NCBI GenBank assembly: GCA_002269645.1
Contig: NIVC01000150.1
Span: 186,001-250,000 of the forward strand
Direction: 5' to 3'
DNA from: Macrostomum lignano
Taxonomy: Eukaryota
DNA length: 64,000 nt
Under the pieces are notes generated by a model. That model did no database searches, was not told the origin of the DNA, and worked only from the letters and a program-made list of their open reading frames with translations. Of this stretch, positions 24,025 through 34,167 are shown piece after piece (the stretch's first letter is position 1; the number at the start of each line of letters is the position of its first letter). The translations under genes and the position numbers were made by a program.

Positions 24025-24395
24025 CTCAGAGGGTAGGAGTGACATTGAGAGGGCAAGAGTGACACTGGGGGGTAGGAGTGATATTGGGAGGGTAGGAGTG
24101 ACACATAGAGGTTAGGAGTGACACTGGGAGGTTAGGAGTGACACTGGGAGGGCAGGAGTGACACTGAGAGGTTAGGAGTGACATTTAGAGGCTAGGAGTG
24201 ACACTGGGAGGGCGAGTGACACTGAGAGGTTAGGAGTTACATTGGGAGGGTAGGAGTGACACTGGGAGGGTAGGAGTGACACTGAGGTTAGAAGTGACAT
24301 TTAGAGGCTAGGAGTTACATTGTGAGGTTAGGAGTGACATTGGGAGGCTAGGAGTGACACTGGGAGGCTAGGAGTGACACTGGGAGGAGTGACAC
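24025..24395. repeat. ~19-bp minisatellite (AGGAGTGACACTGGGAGGTT)
   Basis: Reverse complement resembles the 975-1259 array. Confidence 0.85.
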
Positions 24396-24435
24396 TACAG
24401 ATTGAGAATCAGGCTATCTAGCCAACTGTTTTATT

Positions 24436-26677
24436 CTAAGAGTGCAGATCAAACGGATGCGACACGTAGACATCATCGAAGCGCTGCTGACTGACTGCAC
24501 TGTCGTAGCGGAAGTACACCAGACGGGCAATCTGGCGTAGCAAGCGGCCACCGGAAGCGCATTCGGCTTTGTGACGGGCCAAGTCGCTGAGCTGACAGTC
24601 GCGGCTGCAGTAGCGGGCGTAGCCGCAACCGGTGCAGCGGTACAGGCTCTGCCTCTGCTGCCGGGCAGACTGGCACTGCCAGCACCTGCGAATGTTTGCT
24701 CGTAGAATATATACGTGAATAGGTGTGACCGTCTATCCGCCCCTGCAATCTTATCTATCCACCCCTGCAATCTTATCTATCCACCCCTGCAATCTTATCT
24801 ATCCACCCCTGCAATCTTATCTATCCGCCCCTGCAATCTTATCTATCCACCCCTGCAATCTTATCTATCCGCCCCTGCAATCTTATCTATCCGCCCCTGC
24901 AATCTTATCTATCCACCCCTGCAATCTTATCTATCCACCCCTGCAATCTTATCTATCCACCCCTGCAATCTTATCTATCCGCCCCTGCAATCTTATCTAT
25001 CCACCCCTGCAATCTTATCTATCCGCCCCTGCAATCTTATCTATCCGCCCCTGCAATCTTATCTATCCACCCCTGCAATCTTATCTATCCGCCCCTGCAA
25101 TCTTATCTATCCACCCCTGCAATCTTATCTATCCGCCCCTGCAATCTTATCTATCCACCCCTGCAATCTTATCTATCCGCCCCTGCAATCTTATCTATCC
25201 ACCCCTGCAATCTTATCTATCCGCCCCTGCAATCTTATCTATCCACCCCTGCAATCTCATCTATCTACCCCCTGAAATCTGATCTATCCGTACCTGCAAC
25301 CAGATCTATCCGTCCCTGCAACCTGATCTATCCGTCCCTGCAACCTGATCTATCCGCCCCTGCAACCTGACCTATCCGCCCCTGCAACAGAGATCAGCTC
25401 ACTTGTGCACAGAGCAGCCGTGGACGAGAGCCGCAGTGCGCCGCACAGCAGACAGCGGCATGTGCAGCACCCGCACAGTCTCCAGCTGTTCCATCCTCAG
25501 ACCGATCTGACCGTCTAGGAACTGATGCTGGACAGGGCAGAACATCACCATTGTGCTGCCCTTGCGCAGACTGCGATAGTCGAACTGGCCGCTGTCACTG
25601 TCGGGATAGAAGAATATCCGGAACTCCCGGCCTCTTCTGTCTCTGGCTGTGACCGCGTTGCGCAGAAAACTGATGCCAGCGTGCGAGGCGTCTGAGATTT
25701 CCGCTAGTAGGACCCAGAATTTGCGGTAGAAGTTGCTGCGGGCGGGGAATCAACCCATGCAATGAGTGTGAGGATGGCGACCTCCAAATACACTTCTGCA
25801 TCATCCGCCCCTAGCTACCCTTCATCATCCACCCCTAGTTACCTCCCTACATCATTCACCCTTAGTGATCTCCCTACATCATCCACCCCTAGCTAACTCC
25901 CTACATCATTCACCCCTAGCTAACTCATTACATTATCTACCCCTAGTTACCTCCCTTCATCATCCACCCTTAGCGATCTCCTTACATAATCCGACCCTAA
26001 CTACCTCCCTACATCATCCAACCCTAACTACCTCCCTACATCATCCGACCCTAGCTACCTCCCTACATCATCCGACCCTAGCTACCTCCCTACATCATCC
26101 AACCCTAGCTACCTCCCTACATCATCCAACCCTAACTACCTCCCTACATCATTCAACCCTAACTACCTCCCTACATAATCCGACCCTAGCTACCTCCCTA
26201 CATCATCCAACCCTAGCTACCTCCCTACATCATCCAACCCTAGCTACCTCCCTACATCATCCAACCCTAGCTACCTCCCTACATCATTCAACCCTAACTA
26301 CCTCCCTACATCATCCAACCCTAGCTACCTCCCTACATCATCCAACCCTAGCTACCTCCCTACATCATCCAACCCTAGCTACCTCCCTACATTATTCTCC
26401 CCAAATTTGCAGTCTTAGCAGCCGAAAAATCAACCAACCCCTCATAAAAATCCTCATCATAATCGTCATCCATCGGCAGCCTGTCAAAGGTCGGAAAGTA
26501 CAGATCATCAATCAGGGGATTGCTGGACGGCCGTTTAAACCAATCGGTGGGTCTCTTCACTTTGTGGCGAAATTTGTCCACGTTGGCCGCCTCGTTGGGG
26601 TGATGATTTTTCGGATACGAATCGGCGGCCGCTCGCATCTGCTGCAAGATGTCCGGGTGCTGGCGCAGCTGATCCAT
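24436..26677 (-). CDS. MYND zinc-finger protein with an N-terminal beta-rich (OB-like) domain, ~273 aa
   Basis: Exons 26677-26439, 25735-25403, 24685-24436, phases compatible. MYND: [31 protein letters not shown]-terminal: [36 protein letters not shown]. Two of the three exons are not shown in frame by the ORF track. Confidence 0.85.
24730..25388. repeat. 22-bp minisatellite (ATCCRCCCCTGCAATCTTATCT)
   Basis: Fills MYND-gene intron 2; A/G dimorphic units. Confidence 0.95.
25800..26395. repeat. 27-bp minisatellite (CTACCTCCCTACATCATCCAACCCTAG)
   Basis: Fills MYND-gene intron 1. Confidence 0.93.
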
Positions 26678-26819
26678 CGAATTTGAGAGCGGCGAGCTGG
26701 AACTGAAAAAATCCAAAATCTCTGCAGATTAGCATCTTTTAAAATTGGTCATTGCTCGCTGATAATTATCCTATTCTTGTTTATACCCTGTCTGTGGTTT
26801 CCCCGTATCATATGGCTTG

Positions 26820-27910
26820 TCTTTATCATGTCTATGATTGGTCATTATCATGTCTATGATTGGTCATTATCCTGTCTATGATTGGTCATTATCCTGTCTA
26901 TGATTGGTCATTATCCTGTCTATGATAGGTCATTATCCTGTCTATGATTGGTCATTATCATGTCTATGATTGGTCATTATCCTGTCTATGATTGGTCATT
27001 ATCATGTCTATGATTGGTCATTATCCTGTCTATGATTGGTCATTATCCTGTCTATGATTGGTCATTATCCTGTCTATGATAGGTCATTATCCTGTCTATG
27101 ATTGGTCATTATCATGTCTATGATTGGTCATTATTGTATCTATGATTGGTCATTATTGTATCTATGATTGGTCATTATCCTGTCTATGATTGGTCATTAT
27201 CCTGTCTATGATAGGTCATTATCCTGTCTATGATTGGTCATTATCCTGTCTATGATAGGTCATTATCCTGTCTATGATTGGTCATTATTCTATCTATGAT
27301 TTTTCATTATCCTGTCTATGATTGGTCATTATCCTGTCTATGATTGGTCATCATTGTGTCTATGATTGGTCAATTATCCTGTCTTTGATAGGTCATTATC
27401 CTGTCTATGATTGGTCATTATCCTGTCTATGATTGGTCATTATCATGTCTATGATTGGTCATTACCCTGTCTATGATTGGTCATTAACCTGTCTATGATT
27501 GGTCATTAACCTTTCTATGATTGGTCATTAACCTGTCTATGATTGGTCATTATCATGTCTATGATTGGTCATTATTCTGTCTATGATTGGTCATTATCCT
27601 GTCTATGATTGGTCATTATTGTATCTATGATTGGTCAATTATCCTGTCTATGATTGGTCATTATCATGTCTATGATTGGTCATTATCCTGTCTATGATTG
27701 GTCATTATCATGTCTATGACTGGTCATTATCCTGTCTATGATTGGTCATTATCATGTCTATGATTGGTCATTATCCTGTCTATGATTGGTCATTATCATG
27801 TCTATGATTGGTCATTATCCTGTCTATGATTGGTCATTATCATGTCTATGACTGGTCATTATCCTGTCTATGATTGGTCATTATTCTGTCTATGATTGGT
27901 CATTAACCTA
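26820..27910. repeat. 22-bp minisatellite (ATCCTGTCTATGATTGGTCATT)
   Basis: Tandem units; each contains GACCAATCA on the minus strand. Confidence 0.95.
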
Positions 27911-28235
27911 TGACAAATAATTATTCTGTTCTACAGTTGGTCATTATTCTTTTTTATTTTGATCAGCTAGATGCAATGATAAATATCACTTAGTTTGCAA
28001 GAAGTACGTTAAAATATTCTACCGAAGGATTAGAAAAATCCCTGTGTATTTACAAATATCAGTTTTACAAAGTGTAGAGCATTGTAAAATGATTGATTTG
28101 ATGCTTGCGATGCCTGAGGTATGATTAATTAAATATCAGAAATGTTTTCATTATTAAAAAACTCTATGTAAATGTTAGTTTAGCCATCGAAAAATAATGC
28201 TTGGTACTTTAGCTTATGTAATTCAGTAGGCCGGC

Positions 28236-28420
28236 TGGACAGACACTTAGACAGACAGACAGATACTAAGACAGATAGACAGACACTAAGACAGACAGAC
28301 AGACAGACACTTAGACAGACAGACAGATACTAAGACAGATAGACAGACACTAAGACAGACAGACAGAAAGACACTAATACAGACAGACAGACACAAAGAC
28401 AGACAGACAGACAGACACTA

Positions 28421-28455
<35 letters not shown>

Positions 28456-28548
28456 TACTAAGACAGATAGACAGACACTAAGACAGACAGACAGAAAGAC
28501 ACTAATACAGACAGACAGACACTAAGACAGACAGACAGACAGACACTA

Positions 28549-28585
<37 letters not shown>

Positions 28586-28606
28586 CACAGACAGACAGAC
28601 AGACAC

Positions 28607-28665
<59 letters not shown>

Positions 28666-28666
28666 C

Positions 28667-28709
<43 letters not shown>

Positions 28710-28824
28710 CACAGACAGACACACAGACAGACAGACACACAGACAGACAGAAAGACACTAATACAGACCGACAGACAGACACTAAGACAGACAGACAGAC
28801 ACTAAGACAGACAGACAAACACTA

Positions 28825-28861
<37 letters not shown>

Positions 28862-28920
28862 CTAAGACAGACAGGCAGACAGACAGACACTAAGACAGAC
28901 AGACAGACAGACACAGACAG
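28236..28920. repeat. (GACA)n microsatellite with CACTAA variants
   Basis: Begins immediately after the DALRD3-like stop codon. Confidence 0.95.
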
Positions 28921-28921
28921 C

Positions 28922-30590
28922 TCAGCAAGCCAGGCCGGCAGTCAGGCCCAGCACAGCGCAGCCGGAGCTCAGAACGCGGCCAGCCGCAGCAGCCAGAAGG
29001 CGCCGGCCGCACAGCCAATCGCCATGGGTCAGCTGAACGAGCCCGGACAGGTAAGCCACCAGGTGGGCGGGCTCATAGGTGAGGTAGGCCAGCCCGGCAG
29101 CGGTGGGAAACTCAGCCAAGTAGCTGGCCAACGCTGACTCATTGCTAGGCTCCCAGCTGCCGGGCTGGGTGCCAGCCGCCGACTCGAACTCCATCAGTCG
29201 GTCGCGAGCCTGTCGCAGCATCGCAGCGGTCAGCGCTCCGCCACCAGCCGCAGAGCTCCGCAGCTGCACATCGAGGCTCCTGGACTCGGCCAGCAGTTGC
29301 AGCAGCAGATTGTCGCGACTTTCGCTGCAAAATTCCGACAGAAGATCCTCAAACCAGCTGGGCGTTCCTGTTGCCATAGCAACCGGCCCGACGCTGACGT
29401 GCATCGGCCAAGGCGACGGATTAGCGAGCTGTCGATAGCCCAGATGGCCCAGGCCCGCTGCCAGATCGGCGAATCTCTCGGCCTCATCGCTGCCGGCCAC
29501 CCAGTGCAGGCGGCCGCAGCCGGACCGCTCGGCGCGGGCCAGGGCTGCCAGCAGGTCGCCAAGCCGCCTGCTGCACCATGACTCGCTGCCTGCTAGGCGG
29601 AGCCGGCTCAGGGTCTGCAGAGTGCGGTTGGTTCGATTCAGTGGCATCAGATGCGTGCAGTTTAACACTCTGGCCGCCAATCCGCCCCTTCATTTCACCA
29701 TTCCGCCCCTTTATATCTCCATTCCGCCCTTAAACTCTCCATTCCGCCCTTAAACTCTCCATTCCGCCCTTAAACTCTCCATTCCGCCCTTAAAACCTTC
29801 CATTCCGCCCTTAAAACCTTCCATTCCGCCCTTAAAACCCTCCATTCCGCCCTTAAAACCCTCCATTCCGCCCTTAAAACCCTCCATTCCGCCCTTAAAA
29901 CCCTCCATTCCGCCCCTGAAACCCTCCATTCCACCCCTGAAACCCTCCATTCCGCCCCTGAAACCCTCCATTCCACCCCTGAAACCCTCTATTCCGCCCC
30001 TGAAACCCTCTATTCCGCCCCTGAAACCCTACATTCCGCCCCTCGCGCACCTGAGCCAGCCGGTGCGACTCCCTAGCATAGCAGTCCTCGCTCTCCACGC
30101 GGCACTGCCGCAGCCCCAGCCGGTCAAAATCGGCCATCAGTCGCGATTTCCGACAATCCCCTGCATCGTCCCAATTCAAGCCGCTCGGATTCGAACCATC
30201 GACTGCGCTGGCCGGCACGGAAGCGACCAAGTCGTCAACCCGATGACCGAACGCTCTGTTGATTTGCAGCACAAAATTTGCTACCAATGCGACTCGTACG
30301 CCTTGGGGCGTCAGGCGACCACCCCGTGGACACGGCCAGGCGATCAGCACGGACTGGCGGGGACACGGCTGGACGCCCGGCGGCAGCGACTCGAACCCGT
30401 AAGCGGGCGCCTCGGCGCTCAACACTCGGGACAGCAGCTGCCGTTGGCGACGCTGCTCGAAGCCGCCTCGAAGGCGAGGAAAGCTGAAGGCAGCCGCAGG
30501 CGGCGGGGGATGGCCGGCTCGGCTCTGCCGGCTTGACAGGCTGGAATGCCGGGCACGGATCGGTTTTGGGTGGGGAAGTGGACCAACTCT
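28922..30590 (-). CDS. DALRD3: DALR anticodon-binding domain protein (non-catalytic ArgRS paralogue); 5' end uncertain, candidate first exon 31514-31480
   Basis: Exons 30590-30051 and 29614-28922 join in phase 0. LSRVLSAEAPAYG..VLIAWPC..VRVALVANFVLQINRAFG (degenerate HIGH region); C-terminal LAEFPTAAG..EPAHLVAYLSGLV..RVLSSGCAVLGL fits a DALR domain. Confidence 0.7.
29370..29383. promoter_or_regulatory. Consensus RFX X-box GTTGCCATAGCAAC inside a DALRD3-like exon
   Basis: Exact consensus match; function unproven because it also encodes VAMAT. Confidence 0.3.
29690..30040. repeat. 20-21-bp minisatellite (AAACCCTCCATTCCGCCCCTG)
   Basis: Fills the DALRD3-like intron 30050-29615. Confidence 0.92.
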
Positions 30591-30599
30591 CTGATTGTA

Positions 30600-31260
30600 T
30601 CTAAACCCCATCTCACCCTGCTTCATCCTATCTCACCCTGCCTCATCCTGTATCACCCTGCCTCATCCTATCTCACCTTGCCTCATCCTTTCTCACCCTG
30701 CCTCATCCTATCTCACCCTGCCTCATCCTGTCTTACCCTGCCTCATCCTATCTCACCTTGCCTCATCCTATCTCACCCTGCCTCATCCTATCTCACCCTG
30801 CCTCATCCTATCTCACCCTGCTTCATCCTATCTCACCCTGCCTCATCCTGTCTCACCCTGCCTCATCCTGTCTCACCCTGCCTCATCCTATCTCACCTTG
30901 CCTCATCCTTTCTCACCCTGCCTCATCCTATCTCACCCTGCCTCATCCTATCTCACCCTGCTTCATCCTATCTCACCCTGCCTCACCCCATCTCACCCTG
31001 CCTCATCCTGTCTCACCCTGCCTCATCCTATCTCACCCTGCTTCATCCTATCTCACCCTGCCTCACCCCATCTCACCCTGCCTCATCCTGTCTCACCCTG
31101 CCTCATCCTATCTCACCCTGCTTCATCCTATCTCACCCTGCCTCACCCCATCTCGCCCTGCTTCATCCTATTTCACTCTAACCCATCCTATCTCATCCTG
31201 ACTCATCCCATCTCACTCTGACTCATTCCATCTCACCATGACTCATCCTATCTCACCCAA
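30600..31260. repeat. 20-bp minisatellite (CTCATCCTATCTCACCCTGC)
   Basis: Tandem units. Confidence 0.93.
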
Positions 31261-32049
31261 GGTTGTCCTGTTCGATCCTATCTAAAGTTTATCTCAATTT
31301 GTCTTACGCTCGTAGCCTGTCTTATCATATCCTACAGCCTCGTTGAATCCAAACCTTTGTCTCACTATTACTATCTCAACCCAGTCTTACGTTATCTTAC
31401 ATACATGTAAGTAAAACACAGAAGTCCCTTATCGCAGGAATAAAAGGCTCTTTCCTAACTACGAGCTATAAGCGCTCACCTCTGGTAGAAGCGGTCACTC
31501 CAGGAGTAGCTCATTCGGTTTCAACCAATCAATCAATAAATCAGTCAGTCAATCAGTCAATACAAAGCCAAAACTTGAACTCTTTAACCACACAGAAGCC
31601 AGCTGACGCGGTGGCCGGGGCTGCTCACAAGCGCACTAATTTTGCACAATGCTTTTATATTGTACTCGAAATTTTATAATGCCGATCTCACTGGACCCTG
31701 CGGGCTTGTTCTCTAGTTGGAGTTCTTAATAACAAGGCCTGCTAGAGAAAAGTGGAGGTGGAGGGGAGGGCCTGAGCGCAGATCTAGACATTTCCAAAAC
31801 GAGAAAAGAGAGAGAGAGAGACGAAGAGAAACAAGAGGCATGGATTTCTGGAATAAAGAGTCTGGACTGAGTGAATTTCACCGACACTACTCATACGAAG
31901 TAACTAATGTAACTAATCTTTAATCGATCCGACTTCATATCTTTGAGAGAAGTCTTGCGAACTGCTGAGCTCACTATGACTCAAAAATTGAACAAAAAGT
32001 AAGAAGTGAGAATTCTCCAAGATGTGAACCGTGTGAACTGTTGTAAAGT

Positions 32050-32700
32050 TTCGAGTCTGTGAAGTTTCGAGCAAATGAAAATTCCAGTTGTGAAGATTCG
32101 AGTCTGTGAAGGTTCGAGTCTGTGAAGGTTCGAGTCTGTGAAGTTTCAAGTCTGTGAAGATTCGAGTCAGTGAAGATTTGAGTCTGAAGGTTTGAGTCTC
32201 TAAAGACTTGAGTCTGTGAAGATTTGAGTTGTGAAGATTTGAGTCTGTTAAAATTCGAGTCAGTGAAGATTTGAGTCTGTTAAAATTCGAGTCAGTGAAG
32301 ATTTGAGTCTGTGTAGGTTCGAGTCAGTGAAGATTTGAGCCCGAAGGTTTAAGTCTGTGAAGACTTGAGTCTGTTAAGATTCGAGTCTGTGAAGATTTGA
32401 GTCTGTGAAGGTTCGAGTCTGTGAAGATTTGAGTCTGTGAAGATTTGAGTCTGTGAAGATTTGAGTCTGTGAAGATTTGAGTCTGAAGGTTTAAGTCTGT
32501 GAAGACTTGAGTCTGTGAAGATTTGAGTCTGTGAAGATTCGAGTCAGTGAAGATTCGAGTCTGTGAAGGTTCGAGTCTGTGAAGATTCGAGTCAGTGAAG
32601 ATTCGAGTCTGTGAAGTTTCAAGTCTGTAAAAATTTGAGTCTTTGAAGGTTCGAGTCTGAAGATTTGAGTCTGTGAAGATTCGAGTTTGTGAAGGTTTCG
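32050..32700. repeat. 16-bp minisatellite (GAGTCTGTGAAGATTY)
   Basis: Tandem units. Confidence 0.9.
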
Positions 32701-33259
32701 AGATGGTGAAAGCAGCTCTCTCCTCCATATTCAGTGCAAAGCAAGGAGTTATTTCCCTATCCAGACAGTCATTTTTATAATCACAAACTACATGGCCAAA
32801 CAACACAGAAAAAATCAACAATAGGCAGAGCAGCTCTCAAAAGTGCACCCGAATTTGCACAGGGCGCCTGAGGGTCTTAAGCTGCCTAAGTCTTTTGAAC
32901 GAGAGAGAAAAAATGCAAAGACTCAAACTTATGAAACAACTCTCTATTAAACCGTGTTGCAGTTTTGTTTATTATACATGAACTGGTTATGTAGATGACC
33001 AGAAACTCAGCTGGGTAAAAAACAGCTAATAGCAATACTGACAAACAAATATGCTAAAATATACGTTTGATAATTAATTTTGTTATTTTGTAACAACTTG
33101 GCAAATTAGTAAAACTTTATATTAGTAACAGGTTAAATTTATTGCAGGAAAAAAAAAGTATGGTAGAAGTTTAAAACTGTTCCATTGTGATCAGCTAATA
33201 ACATATGATACGCTCTTGGGTGCGATCTGCGAATGCAAAACAGAGATATGCTGCAGTGA

Positions 33260-34165
33260 ACCTACCAGTGAACTTTCAAATCTACCAGTGAACTTCCAAA
33301 TCTACCAGTGAACTTCTAAATTTACCAGTGAACTTTCAAATCTACCAGTGAACTTTTAAATCTACCAGTGAACTTCCAAATCTACCAGTGAACTTCTAAA
33401 TCTCTTAGTGAACTTCCAAATCTACCAGTGAACTTCCAAATCTACCAGTGAACTTTCATATCTACCAGTGAACTTCTAAATCTCTTAGTGAACTTCTAAA
33501 TCTACCAGTGAACTTTCAATCTACCAGTGAACTTTCATATCTACCAGTGAACTTTCATATCTACCAGTGAACTTCTAAATCTCTTAGTGAACTTCTAAAT
33601 CTACCAGTGAACTTCTAAATCTCCTAGTGAACTTCTAAATCCACCAGCGAACTTCCAAATCTATCAATGAACTTTCAAATCTACCAATGAACTTCCACAT
33701 CTACCAGTGAACTTTCAAATCTACCAGTGAACTTCCACATCTACCAGTGAACTTTCAAATCTACCAGTGAACTTTCAAATCTACCAGTGAACTTTCAAAT
33801 CTACCAGTGACTTTCAAATCTACCAGTGAACTTTCAAATCTACCAGTGAACTTTCAAATCTACCAGTGACTTTCAAATCTACCAGTGAACTTTCAAATCT
33901 ACCAGTGAACTTTCAAATCTACCAGTGAACTTTCAAATCTACCAGTGAACTTCCACATCTACCAGTGAACTTCTAAATCTCCTAGTGAACTTCTAAATCT
34001 ACCAGCGAACTTTCAAATCTACCAATGAACTTCCACATCTACCAGTGAACTTTCAAATCTACCAGTGAACTTTCAAATCTACCAGTGAACTTTCAAATCT
34101 ACCAGTGAACTTTCAAATCTACCACTGAGCTTCCAAATCTACCACTGAGCTTCCAAATCTACCAT
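33260..34165. repeat. 20-bp minisatellite (AAATCTACCAGTGAACTTTC)
   Basis: Tandem units abutting the DAGL stop codon. Confidence 0.93.
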
Positions 34166-34167
34166 TC

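Noticed and set aside
24715-31221. Regular 20-28 bp direct repeats that might resemble CRISPR arrays
   Set aside because: Units are contiguous with no unique spacers, no cas genes are present, and the context is eukaryotic and intronic.
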